Shown: positions 46,332 to 56,325 of the stretch, piece after piece
Layout: every line of letters begins with the position of its first letter
How positions within the stretch are numbered: position 1 is the first letter of the stretch
From: Candidatus Levybacteria bacterium CG2_30_37_29
Lineage (GTDB): Bacteria; Patescibacteriota; Microgenomatia; Levybacterales; GWA1-39-11
NCBI GenBank assembly: GCA_001873215.1
Contig: MNYS01000006.1
Coordinates: 56,839 to 120,838, forward strand
Direction: 5' to 3'
Length of the DNA: 64,000 bases
Position numbers and translations under genes: made by a program
The notes under the pieces: model-generated
Databases searched by the model: none
Told to the model about the DNA's origin: nothing
The model's input: the letters and a program-made list of their open reading frames with translations, nothing else

Positions 46332-47636
46332 ATGGTTGGTAACATCAAGGAAAACGGTATTCGCAACGGTGACCATTTAAAAGTTGCAAAAGACTCTCAT
46401 TTACCTTCCGAGTCCAGGCATAAATTTACAGGCGCCTGGCTTCCTTTTGAATCGATAAGTAGGCTTGAGCAGCCCCGTAGAACATTTGAGGAAATTCCTT
46501 CTCTTGCCGACAGTATTGCGGTTCATGGTGTTGCAAATCCGATTACCGTTGCCCAGCTTAGCGAAGAAGCGTGCGCCAGATATCTTGATGTAATAAATAA
46601 GGTCTGGGGGACAGTGCATGCATCAGCCGATCTTGAAACTCTTACTTTAGAAAGAGAGAAAAAATTTCATATTCTTATTGCGGGAGAAAGACGGTACCGG
46701 GCAATCGGTCTTTTGAAAGAACAAGGATGCGAAGACTGTCAGGCGGAGGAAATTGCAGAAACATGTTACGAAAATCATTTTGGGAGAAGTGAAGTGGAAG
46801 TAAGGCTTATGGTAAATGTTTCTGCCCGTGATGCGCTTGACCTTCAGTCCGCAGAAAATATTCACAAAAGGGTTCCGCCTCATGAAGATGCAAGGTTTTT
46901 GTATGAGTACTACAGATTTGTAAAAGAAGATGAGCCGGAGTGTACTTTAAGAGGTTTTGCTCGAGGAGTAAGTAGGGGAGAAGAACAAATAAGAGATGCA
47001 ATTAGGTTTTGCGAACTACCGGAAAACGTACAAGATTCTGTCAAGCTTGGTCAGATTTCTTATGGGATTGCAATTCAAATTTCACGGCTTCATAGACATT
47101 CAAATCCTAACGTCGCTGTTTCAAAAGAAGAGCTTGACTGGTGGGTTATTAAAGCGATAACAGGGCAATACAAAGTTCCTGATTTCAAAGAGTTGATTAC
47201 GGGATATATTAAGGAAAGAGAAGGGGGACAAAAAAGTATGTTTGAGATAATGACTGAGTCTCAAAGAAACGAATTTGAGCATGCTCAAAGAGAATTGGTT
47301 GTTGAAAAGGGAATTTTACGCGCTCTTCACGCTCAAATAGCGTATCTTCAAAGAGTTCAGGATCTATACAAAACAGGTAAGCTTGGAGAAAAGGATTCTC
47401 CATATTCTCAGGGCAGTCCGGGGAGATTGGTTTTAAAATTAGCTGAAGTTATGAGTCAAATTATTCCTGATCTAAAAGAGCACAAAGCGCTATCCAGGAA
47501 AAACCTTGCATTTGTAGATGAGGTTGTAAGTGACACAATGAAATTAGTTGAAAAAGCAGAAGCAGATACTGGAATTGTTTTGTCCGAAGGAAAACAAGAA
47601 GCTATTAATAGTGGCCAGACCGGTTTTTCCCTCTAA
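46332..47636 (+). CDS. ParB/Srx-like nuclease-domain protein (434 aa)
   Basis: HILIAGERRYRAIGLL matches the ParB N-terminal box II (GERRxRA) motif. Followed by a ~270-aa uncharacterised helical region. Confidence 0.55.
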   Translation: MVGNIKENGIRNGDHLKVAKDSHLPSESRHKFTGAWLPFESISRLEQPRRTFEEIPSLADSIAVHGVANPITVAQLSEEACARYLDVINKVWGTVHASADLETLTLEREKKFHILIAGERRYRAIGLLKEQGCEDCQAEEIAETCYENHFGRSEVEVRLMVNVSARDALDLQSAENIHKRVPPHEDARFLYEYYRFVKEDEPECTLRGFARGVSRGEEQIRDAIRFCELPENVQDSVKLGQISYGIAIQISRLHRHSNPNVAVSKEELDWWVIKAITGQYKVPDFKELITGYIKEREGGQKSMFEIMTESQRNEFEHAQRELVVEKGILRALHAQIAYLQRVQDLYKTGKLGEKDSPYSQGSPGRLVLKLAEVMSQIIPDLKEHKALSRKNLAFVDEVVSDTMKLVEKAEADTGIVLSEGKQEAINSGQTGFSL

Positions 47637-47667
47637 TTTCTTATCCAAACTTTTGTAATATAAAGAC

Positions 47668-48768
47668 ATGGAGTCTTTGTTCTATTTATCTTTTTCTCTT
47701 GCTGATGGGATTGGGCCGAAAACGTTTGAGCTTCTTTTAAAAAAGTTTGGGACAGCCGAGAAAGCGTGGGAAAGTTCGGTTAATGAGTTGAAAGATGCGG
47801 GTCTTGGTCCAAAAACAATTGATGCACTGAATCTGTTTAGAAACACTTATAATCCCAAAGAATATATTCAAAAACTTGAAAAAAATAAAATTTGGTATAT
47901 TTCGCAAAACGATAAAGAATATCCGGAAAGTCTAAAAAAATTACCAAATCCTCCGATTGTTGTTTTTGGTCGCGGCGATAAATCATGTTTAAGTTCTCCT
48001 AAAACGATAGGAGTTGTCGGCGCAAGAAAAGTTACATCTTACGGGCGTGAAGTGACAGAAGGTTTGGTTGCGGATTTGGTTTCATATGGTTTTACAATAA
48101 TTTCCGGAATGGCATTAGGAGTTGATGCAATCGCACACATTGCGTGTTTGGAAAATAACGGTGCGACAATTGCTGTTTTAGGAAATGGTGTTGATCTGCC
48201 TTTTCCGCGCGAGAATCAAAGCTTGTACCAGAATATAATCGAACAGGGTAGCGCGATAATTTCAGAATACCCGCCCGGAACAAATCCGTCAAAAGGAAGT
48301 TTTCCGGCCCGCAATAGAATTATTGCAGCATTATCTGATGGAATTTTAATTACTGAAGCGGCGGAAGATTCGGGATCTCTAATTACTGCGGATTGGAGTC
48401 TGAAGCTTAATAAAAAAGTATTTGCCGTGCCGGGACCTATCACATCAAGGATGTCTGATGGAACTTCAAGGTTGTTGAAGCAAGGAGCAGTACTCGTTCA
48501 AAACACACAGGATATTTTGAACGAATTTTCCCTTCAGTTTCCCTCAGGGCAGGCAAGTTCAAACAAATCAAAAAAAATAAATTACAAAAAAATGGGTTTG
48601 GCAAAAGACGAAATTAAAATTTTAAAACTTTTGGAAAATGAAGAAATGACTGTTGATGAACTCTCAAAAAGGGTAAATTACTCTGTTCCGGTAATTATGC
48701 AGATATTAGGAGTAATGGAAATCAAAGGAATTATAGGAAATATAAATGGTAGATATAGAGTTATTTAA
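47668..48768 (+). CDS. dprA: DNA processing protein DprA/Smf
   Basis: Rossmann-like core GMALGVDAIAH..., SEYPPGT, RNRIIAAL, plus a C-terminal winged-helix. Confidence 0.85.
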   Translation: MESLFYLSFSLADGIGPKTFELLLKKFGTAEKAWESSVNELKDAGLGPKTIDALNLFRNTYNPKEYIQKLEKNKIWYISQNDKEYPESLKKLPNPPIVVFGRGDKSCLSSPKTIGVVGARKVTSYGREVTEGLVADLVSYGFTIISGMALGVDAIAHIACLENNGATIAVLGNGVDLPFPRENQSLYQNIIEQGSAIISEYPPGTNPSKGSFPARNRIIAALSDGILITEAAEDSGSLITADWSLKLNKKVFAVPGPITSRMSDGTSRLLKQGAVLVQNTQDILNEFSLQFPSGQASSNKSKKINYKKMGLAKDEIKILKLLENEEMTVDELSKRVNYSVPVIMQILGVMEIKGIIGNINGRYRVI

Positions 48769-48795
48769 TCGGTTTGAAAAGGTGCAACAAAGAAA

Positions 48796-50361
48796 TTATC
48801 TGTCAAACGCTGAGTAGGAGAGGTTGAAGCTTTTATTGATTAACGGAAAATCGGGTACGATATTGCCAACAACTGCATATGGTACTGCCGACCAGTTGAG
48901 AAATGATGCATCTCTGACCCCAACACGGCTTATCTCTCCCTTACTATCAGTTGCTACAAAATAGAGGATATCGCCTCTCCATCCTTCGGTAATTCCTATT
49001 GCATATGCATTTTTTTCAAGTTTTTTAGCTGTTTTATTTAAGATATTTCCTTTAGGCATTTTTTTCAAAGCTTGAAAAATGATATCAATTGAACTATAAA
49101 TTTCACTAATTCTTACTTGAAAGCGGGCATGTACATCACCGGTTGACTGACTTGCAATTTTCATATTTATTTCCGAATATGCGGCATATGGGTATTCACT
49201 ACGTGCATCACGTGGAAGTCCTACGGCGCGAGCAGCAATGCCAACAACTCCGTGATCGGTAGCTATTTGTTTGTCTATTTTTCCTGTTCCCTTTAATCTG
49301 TTAAGTACCGATTCGCTGTCTTCAATAACTGCTATTACTTCTTCAAAATCCTTTTTCATTTTTTGTAGTTCATATTCTAATGTTGTTTGCATTTCTTTTG
49401 AAATATCTTTAGTGATTCCACCTATTGTGTTTACACCTCTTAAAAATCTACTTCCCGTCAAAAGTTCACACAATTGCATAATTTTTTCTCTGAGTCTTGG
49501 TCCATTTCCACCAAAGCTAAACCCGGTGTCGCTAATAATAAAACCAACATCATTAAAGTGATTCGCAAGTCTCTCAAGTTCGGAATAAATAACTCTTATG
49601 TATTTTGCGCGAGAAGAAATTATTGTGTTGCTCAACGTCTCAACTGCTTGGCAATAAGAAAGGGAATGTGTAAAAGATGTATCTCCGGAAATTCTTTCTG
49701 AAAGTCGAATTTTATCATCGAAAGGGAGCTCTTCAAATAATTTTTCACTTCCTTTGTGTGTGTATCCAAATTTCGGTTCAAGTGACACAATTTCTTCGCC
49801 TGCAACGCTAAATCTAAAATGACCCGGCTCGATAATTCCTGCGTGAACAGGGCCAACCGGAATTTCGTAAATTCCCTCACCGTCAACTTTTTGAAATTCA
49901 TAAGGTGTTGCGGCTGTTGCCGGCCTTTTTTGGAAATGAAAGTCCTTTCGTAATGGATAAATATCTGCGGGCCAATTATTATGAACTAGAAATGGTCGAA
50001 TTTGGGGGTGACCTACCGGAGTCAGACCAAAGAATGATTTTATCTCCAACTCATATAGCGATGCTTGATAGATAAATGGAGCAAGAGATGGAAATTCATT
50101 TGCGTCTCTTATTAAAAGGTAAGGCACTATAAAAAATTCAGATCCGGGGATTCCAAAGATATAAAATATTTTATATCCTCCATTTTCGGCTCTTTCATCT
50201 GTCGCTTTAATTGCCTTAAGTAACAATTGATGTTTGTCACGAAGATTAAGACATGTATCAATGATGGAATCTGTTGCAACGTGAAATAAAATAAGGTTAT
50301 TATTTTTTTCAATTATAGTATCCTTGTCTAAGTACTTATTAACAATTTCTGTATATGTCAT
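48796..50361 (-). CDS. fused NuoC/NuoD-like subunit ([NiFe]-hydrogenase large-subunit homolog lacking Ni-binding cysteines)
   Basis: NuoC block F.GHP, then GPVHAGIIEPGHFRF and GYTHKGSEK (NuoD/HycE family). Positions of the RxCGxC and DPCxxC motifs read SGDT and NLSYS. Confidence 0.75.
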   Translation of the reverse strand: MTYTEIVNKYLDKDTIIEKNNNLILFHVATDSIIDTCLNLRDKHQLLLKAIKATDERAENGGYKIFYIFGIPGSEFFIVPYLLIRDANEFPSLAPFIYQASLYELEIKSFFGLTPVGHPQIRPFLVHNNWPADIYPLRKDFHFQKRPATAATPYEFQKVDGEGIYEIPVGPVHAGIIEPGHFRFSVAGEEIVSLEPKFGYTHKGSEKLFEELPFDDKIRLSERISGDTSFTHSLSYCQAVETLSNTIISSRAKYIRVIYSELERLANHFNDVGFIISDTGFSFGGNGPRLREKIMQLCELLTGSRFLRGVNTIGGITKDISKEMQTTLEYELQKMKKDFEEVIAVIEDSESVLNRLKGTGKIDKQIATDHGVVGIAARAVGLPRDARSEYPYAAYSEINMKIASQSTGDVHARFQVRISEIYSSIDIIFQALKKMPKGNILNKTAKKLEKNAYAIGITEGWRGDILYFVATDSKGEISRVGVRDASFLNWSAVPYAVVGNIVPDFPLINKSFNLSYSAFDR

Positions 50362-50382
50362 AAATTTAAAAATATTTTATTA

Positions 50383-51831
50383 TTAATTGCCGAGAAACAT
50401 TGTGTAACTTTCGTTTAGTAACTTTTGTAGGGGGGTGGGTAAATATACGCTAAAAACAAACAGGATTATTGCAAGGCCTATTATAGGTACGATTGTCCAA
50501 TTATTATTTTCTCCTTTTTGGATTTTTTTGGGTGGTTCACCAAATAACATTTCGATTATATGCTTGAAAAAGCCTAAAAATACAAGGACTAGAGAGAACA
50601 ATGCAATAAGCGCAATAAGTGGCGAATGATGAAACCCTGCAAATAATATATAAAATTCCGTGAAGAAAATACCAAATGGTGGAATACCTACCATTGTCAG
50701 AAAACCAATGATATATAAAACGCTACTGTATGGCAATACTTTTACCATGCCTGTTACGTCAGTAATTCTTGAAGAACTATATTTTACCGCAATATTGCTG
50801 GACACGAAGAAAAGCAATGATTTTGCAAATGAATGATATACCATATGTAGGATTGCACCAAAAATTCCAATTCCTCCAAATCCAAAACCAAGCATCATAA
50901 TGCCCGCGTGTTCAGTGCTATGATATGCAAGCATTCGTTTATAATTTTTTTGTGTATAAATAATAAAAGCCGCAATGACAATTGAGAGAATCCCAAAAAA
51001 GACAAAGAGATTTTGTGAAAAAGAACTACCAGCTACAATGTCAACAATGAGTTTAAAACGTAAAATTGCAAGAAAAGCAACATTAAGAAGTGCTCCGGAT
51101 AACAAGGCGGCAATTGGTGATGGTGCCTTATTGTATGCATCAGGTCTCCAAGTATGCATAGGAACGAGTCCCATTTTCGTTCCGTATCCGATAAGTACAA
51201 ATACAAAAGCAAACTTGCTGATTAAGGGATTCATATGAGTAGCTGAAGCTATAAGATTATTCCAATTGAAAAAACCATTAAAAGTTGATCCTTGTGACAA
51301 AAATAAAGTAGTTCCCAAAAGTCCCAGAAGTAGTCCAATAGAATTGATAATCAGGTATTTCCAAGCAGCTTCGATGTCTGCCTTTCTATTAAAAAAGCTT
51401 ATGAGAAAAACCGTTGAGAGTGTTGTTGCTTCAATGGATATCCACATAATTATTGGATTTGTTATCGTGATTGCAACATACATGCAAAGTAAAAATAAAT
51501 TCATAAGAATATAATATTCTTTTATTCGCCTAAATCCGATCATTCCTTTTGCTTGTTCACATCTTAAATATCCTACAGAATGAAGTGTTGCAACAAATCC
51601 TACAGTAACTGTTATCCCTAGAATAAGCGCTTCAAATGCGCGTACCGAAAAAGTATCGCTTATTAAATATGCGTTTTGGCTTAAAACAGTGTAGATTATT
51701 GATAGAATAGCAATTATTTGTGTTCCTACCGAAGCTATAGCTATTTTTTCAAGCATGCTTCTTTGTTTATTTACAACGATAGACGCGAGTATTGCGATAA
51801 TTGGTGAAATGAATAGTAAAAGTAATAACAT
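50383..51831 (-). CDS. NuoM/NuoN/MrpD-like proton-translocating antiporter subunit
   Basis: 482 aa, ~14 TM. WRPDAYNKAPSPIAALLSGALLNVA matches the conserved antiporter-module motif. Confidence 0.7.
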   Translation of the reverse strand: MLLLLLFISPIIAILASIVVNKQRSMLEKIAIASVGTQIIAILSIIYTVLSQNAYLISDTFSVRAFEALILGITVTVGFVATLHSVGYLRCEQAKGMIGFRRIKEYYILMNLFLLCMYVAITITNPIIMWISIEATTLSTVFLISFFNRKADIEAAWKYLIINSIGLLLGLLGTTLFLSQGSTFNGFFNWNNLIASATHMNPLISKFAFVFVLIGYGTKMGLVPMHTWRPDAYNKAPSPIAALLSGALLNVAFLAILRFKLIVDIVAGSSFSQNLFVFFGILSIVIAAFIIYTQKNYKRMLAYHSTEHAGIMMLGFGFGGIGIFGAILHMVYHSFAKSLLFFVSSNIAVKYSSSRITDVTGMVKVLPYSSVLYIIGFLTMVGIPPFGIFFTEFYILFAGFHHSPLIALIALFSLVLVFLGFFKHIIEMLFGEPPKKIQKGENNNWTIVPIIGLAIILFVFSVYLPTPLQKLLNESYTMFLGN

Positions 51832-51832
51832 A

Positions 51833-52474
51833 TTATTTTTTAAGTTCCCTTAATTGTGTTACGTCAATTGATCCGAAGTGTTTGATTATAGTTCTGACAA
51901 AAATACTTGAAATAATTATCCAGAAAAATACATCAAAAAGCATGCTTATCTCTAAGGCAGCAGATTGTTGTAAACCCAAAAAATATCCAAAAGTAAAAAT
52001 ACAATTCTCCAAAGACAATATGCCGATTATTTGAGAAATAGCTCCTTTTCTATTGATAGTAAAAAATATAGACATTAGCATACCCCCAATTAGTAGAACT
52101 CTAAGTAGTGGAGTTAACGCTGTAAATGGTGAGAAAACATCCGATTGCGCAAAAATACTTAATATAACCAAACATCCGAGTGTCATCGGTACATTCAAAT
52201 ATGTAGTGGCCGATATGTTGGCTTTGTGTTGCTTAATAATACGCAGAAGCAACTGTGGTGCAATTATTACTTTTATGATCAATAAAATTATTGTTACGAT
52301 TCCTATCTCAAATGACATCTCATGGTAGGATTTAATACCCATTATGGCAACAAGCATGAGGGATTGAATAAGATAAGCAAAAATAAGAATGGTATTTTTT
52401 TTTGCAATATTCATCACTACAATACATAGAAAAATAACAAGAGCAAATAGCTGTAGTTGAAAAATTATATTCAT
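51833..52474 (-). CDS. small polytopic membrane subunit of the complex (unassigned)
   Basis: 213 aa, about six TM. Stop and start abut the flanking subunits. Confidence 0.45.
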   Translation of the reverse strand: MNIIFQLQLFALVIFLCIVVMNIAKKNTILIFAYLIQSLMLVAIMGIKSYHEMSFEIGIVTIILLIIKVIIAPQLLLRIIKQHKANISATTYLNVPMTLGCLVILSIFAQSDVFSPFTALTPLLRVLLIGGMLMSIFFTINRKGAISQIIGILSLENCIFTFGYFLGLQQSAALEISMLFDVFFWIIISSIFVRTIIKHFGSIDVTQLRELKK

Positions 52475-52475
52475 A

Positions 52476-53420
52476 TTAAATAGTGACTGTAATGAGTGAT
52501 ATTACGCAAAAAATAAATCCGGTTAGCAATAGGTCGGGAAGTCGGAACAATCTAAGTTTTGCCATGCTTGATTCAAGAATAGCAACCCCGACAATTAGTG
52601 TTGTTGCTTTTACGATGACTAGTATGAATGGAAAAAGTAATGAAGAGAGATTGGCAGTTGTTGAAAGTCCCCAGGGAAAAAATAAATTGACTCCAAGTAT
52701 TATAAAAAAAATAAATTTATTTGCATTAGCCCATTCTATAAGTGCCAGTCTTTTACCTGAATATTCCAAGATCATTGCTTCATGAATCATCGTCAGCTCC
52801 AGATGGGTTGATGGATTGTCAAACGGAATGCGTCCGGTTTCTGCCATAAGTGCGATAAAAAAGCCCATAAAGGCGATGACAAATGGCAAATAGTTAAAGA
52901 ACGGTAGACCTGAAGCAGTTGTTGCCATAAGTATTACGTTTGTAGTGTGTGTGACCAGGGCAATTGGCAGGAAAGAGAAAAGCAAAGTCCCTTCGGTAAG
53001 AGCTGCAATTGTCATTTCGCGGCTTGATCCAAAACCTCCGAATGCGCTACCTACATCAAGACCGCTTAACGCAATAAAAAAAGTCATTGTTGCCAATAAA
53101 TAAATAGTAATAATAAAGTCTCCGAAAAATGAAAGAGATTCGATGCTTCCCAAAAGCGGAATTCCGAGCGGAAGAAGAATACTCAATCCAAACAGCAAGA
53201 AGGGTGTCAGGTAGAATATCCACGATGCGTCTCTGGCTATTACTTCATCTTTGTGAAAAAGTTTCCATAAATCATAATAGGGTTGGAAAATTCCTGCTCC
53301 GCGTCGATTTTGCATATAAGCCTTTACTTTTCTGACAATTCCAACACACAGAGGGGAGAGTGTGGGAAGCAAAATAAGTTTTAGAATAATAATAAAAATG
53401 CTCATATTAATATCTGGCAA
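52476..53420 (-). CDS. NuoH/HycD-like membrane subunit
   Basis: GRIPFDNPSTHLELTMIHEAMILEYSG matches the NuoH/HycD conserved loop (R.PFD..E.E.EL..G...EYSG). Confidence 0.7.
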   Translation of the reverse strand: MPDINMSIFIIILKLILLPTLSPLCVGIVRKVKAYMQNRRGAGIFQPYYDLWKLFHKDEVIARDASWIFYLTPFLLFGLSILLPLGIPLLGSIESLSFFGDFIITIYLLATMTFFIALSGLDVGSAFGGFGSSREMTIAALTEGTLLFSFLPIALVTHTTNVILMATTASGLPFFNYLPFVIAFMGFFIALMAETGRIPFDNPSTHLELTMIHEAMILEYSGKRLALIEWANANKFIFFIILGVNLFFPWGLSTTANLSSLLFPFILVIVKATTLIVGVAILESSMAKLRLFRLPDLLLTGFIFCVISLITVTI

Positions 53421-55434
53421 AAATTAACAGACCAAGCAGTAAAATAAATATATATAACAAATATTGATTAACATTTCCGCTTTGTATTTTCCTTATTTGT
53501 TTTGAAATAATACTCAAGCCATTGTGTAGAGGGTAGTATAAATATGCCTCATAAATATTGACAATTCCCAAAGTTACTGTTTTTGATTTTGAGAAATAGC
53601 GTATATCTGCATCGACATATTCTATTTCATGTTGTTTTGATGGTTGGAAAATTCCTCTAAAAATAAGTATTAGTGTTCTTGAAAACCCCGTTGCAGTTAT
53701 TTCCATTTTGGGGCTTAGTGCATTAAATCCACAATCCCAAACTGTGCGTAGAACCACCTTTTGTTTTCTACTGACAATATATACAAGTCCAAAAGAAAGG
53801 GCTATGAAAACTGCCATAACCAAGAAAATAACTGGCATATTTAGATGTGCAACGTTCTGATTTACTTGAAGAGAAATGCCTGTTGATGAAAGTGATGAAG
53901 TTTTACTTGAAAATAGTGACAGGTTTTTAACAATTAGTTGTATATTTGTTATAACAAAAAAAGAAAATACTCCAAGGGTCAGACATAAAACAGCCAGTGT
54001 TCCCATGCTTATTAATAGTAAAGGTGATACCTCTGTTGCTTTTTCACTTTCTATGCTTCGACTTCTTGCAAGAAATGTAATACCAAATGCTTTTACAAAA
54101 CATGCTGCAGCAAGCCCTCCGGTAAATGTGAGACAAGCCGCTCCAAAAATGAAAATACTTTTTATTAATATAGAAGAGGTTGCAATACCACTGAAGAGGC
54201 TTTGGAACGTGAGCCATTCGCTGACAAATCCATTAAATGGGGGTAGACCTGAAATTGCAACAGCGCCTACTAAAAAGAATATAGCAGTATATGGCATCAG
54301 CTTTATGAGTCCTCCATATTCTTCAATATTACGGGTATGAGTTTGAGAGATTACAGAACCTGCGCCCAAAAAAAGCAACGATTTAAATACGGCATGATTT
54401 AGTGTGTGAAATAGCCCGGCGGTAATTGCAAGCATTGCAAGAGAGGGCTGTTTTAATGCAATAAAGATCAGTCCGCTTCCAAGTCCCAAAAGTATAATTC
54501 CAATGTTTTCTATGCTGTGGTATGCAAGAAGTCTTTTAATGTCATGTTCCGATAGGGCGTACAAAACTCCAAGAATTGAAGAAACAGCTCCGATAATAAG
54601 AACAACATACCCGAGCCACAGTGGAGTTTGAGGAAGAATATCCAAAAACATTTTAAAAAGCATAAATATTCCTATTTTTATCATAACTCCGGACATAAGG
54701 GATGAAACATGAGATGGAGCTGCACTATGTGCCCATGGAAGCCAAATGTGAAAAGGAACAATTCCTGCTTTGGTTCCAAATCCAATAATCATACAAAGAA
54801 AAATTATAGTTTGAATAACGAATGGAATTGATGCGAAATGTTGCTTTATTGTTTCAAAATCGAAAGATCCGGTAAATTGAAAAAGAAGCAAGAAACTTAA
54901 AAGAATAAATGCGGTTGCCGCGTGAGTCATTATAAAGTAGATAAATCCTGATTTTATGATTTGAAGTTTTTTATTCTCAAATATAACCAAAAATAGTGAG
55001 CTTAGAGACATTATTTCCCAAACAAAAAGAAAATACAAAGCATTATGTGCGGTTATCACCAGAAGAAGACTTATGAGAAATATATTGTAGAAAAATCCAA
55101 AAACCCCTAAATTATATTCTTTTGCATATTGTTTCATATATCCAATCCCGTACAGTGATGCGGGTAGGGCTATAAGCGATACGATTAAAATAAAAAAAGC
55201 GGCAAGAGGATCTATGTGCAAGGAGATATTGAACATTGGGAATGAAGTGGGTAAAGTGGTTGTAAGGGTTGATTGTGTAATTAATGCTCCTATTGAGAAA
55301 ATTAGCGCAAGTAATGAGCCAAACATAGAAAACACACTACTGACATAAGAAAGTTTGGTATCTCTCTGGACAATAAGAGAAATTATTGAGCCTCCCGTAA
55401 GCACCAAAAGCGATGTAAAAAATAAATTCTGCAT
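53407..55434 (-). CDS. NuoL/MrpA/HyfB-like antiporter subunit
   Basis: 675 aa, more than 16 TM. WLPWAHSAAPSHVSSLMSGVMIKIG antiporter motif. Confidence 0.7.
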   Translation of the reverse strand: MQNLFFTSLLVLTGGSIISLIVQRDTKLSYVSSVFSMFGSLLALIFSIGALITQSTLTTTLPTSFPMFNISLHIDPLAAFFILIVSLIALPASLYGIGYMKQYAKEYNLGVFGFFYNIFLISLLLVITAHNALYFLFVWEIMSLSSLFLVIFENKKLQIIKSGFIYFIMTHAATAFILLSFLLLFQFTGSFDFETIKQHFASIPFVIQTIIFLCMIIGFGTKAGIVPFHIWLPWAHSAAPSHVSSLMSGVMIKIGIFMLFKMFLDILPQTPLWLGYVVLIIGAVSSILGVLYALSEHDIKRLLAYHSIENIGIILLGLGSGLIFIALKQPSLAMLAITAGLFHTLNHAVFKSLLFLGAGSVISQTHTRNIEEYGGLIKLMPYTAIFFLVGAVAISGLPPFNGFVSEWLTFQSLFSGIATSSILIKSIFIFGAACLTFTGGLAAACFVKAFGITFLARSRSIESEKATEVSPLLLISMGTLAVLCLTLGVFSFFVITNIQLIVKNLSLFSSKTSSLSSTGISLQVNQNVAHLNMPVIFLVMAVFIALSFGLVYIVSRKQKVVLRTVWDCGFNALSPKMEITATGFSRTLILIFRGIFQPSKQHEIEYVDADIRYFSKSKTVTLGIVNIYEAYLYYPLHNGLSIISKQIRKIQSGNVNQYLLYIFILLLGLLIFARY

Positions 55435-55440
55435 AATAAA

Positions 55441-55980
55441 TTATTGCTTTTTCTGATCTGATTTATCATCAATAATGTTAAGTATATATAATAATGAAGA
55501 AAGAATGGTCATGGCTGAAGGGGGGTCCCCAGGGATTTGAAAATTGACTGGAATGACATTATGAACGCCATCAAGTACAGCATAAGATCCTTTAAATATT
55601 CCTCCATCAATTGCATCATCGCCAACAGCAACAACTATTTTAGGGTCAGGAGTTGCCTCATAAGTTTTTTTCAAAGCCTCTGCCATATTTCGTGATACGG
55701 GTCCTGTTACCATTAACATGTCAGCGTGTCTCGGGGATGCGACAAAGTGAATTCCAAATCTTTCAATATCATAATATGTGTTTGTTAAAGCCATAAGTTC
55801 CTGTTCGCATGCATTTGTTGAGCCTGTATCTACTTCTCGGATTGCAAGGGATCCGCCAAACAGCTTTTTTATTTTTTTCTCGATGCCTTTTTGAACAATA
55901 GTAACGTCATTTTGCTGATTTATTATTTTTCTTGGAACGAGTGTTAAAGGAACTGATAATATTTTTGAATAAAGTGACAT
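55441..55980 (-). CDS. NuoB/hydrogenase small-subunit homolog lacking [4Fe-4S] cysteine ligands
   Basis: HADMLMVTGPVS...PDPKIVVAVGDDAIDGG...IPGDPP aligns with NuoB ADLMVVAG...PEPRYVISMGSCANGGG...IPGCPP, but three of the four cluster cysteines are replaced (one Cys remains in ACEQE). Confidence 0.7.
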   Translation of the reverse strand: MSLYSKILSVPLTLVPRKIINQQNDVTIVQKGIEKKIKKLFGGSLAIREVDTGSTNACEQELMALTNTYYDIERFGIHFVASPRHADMLMVTGPVSRNMAEALKKTYEATPDPKIVVAVGDDAIDGGIFKGSYAVLDGVHNVIPVNFQIPGDPPSAMTILSSLLYILNIIDDKSDQKKQ

Positions 55981-56325
55981 AATATTTGTTTACATGAAAA
56001 AAAATTCCTCTGCTTCGTAGCTGTAAAAGGAATTCTTAAATATCTGACTATGGCAGTATATTATATTTCAATGAGCTTAAATTATCAAGGAAAATTATCC
56101 TTGATAATTCTGGCTTGAATTTTCAGCTTACTTCTGCTAGAATACAAATTAGATCCAGAGACAATAAGTTCTGCCAGCTGGCGGATTAAACAAGAAAGCT
56201 TATCGAGGAAACGTTCAGTTTAAAATTAAAAGTTTAAAGTGAAAAGTTGAAGCGTCTTTGGGAAGGCGCTTTTTTATTGGTTTTAAACTAATAACTAACG
56301 ACTAATAACTTTTAGCTAATAGATT

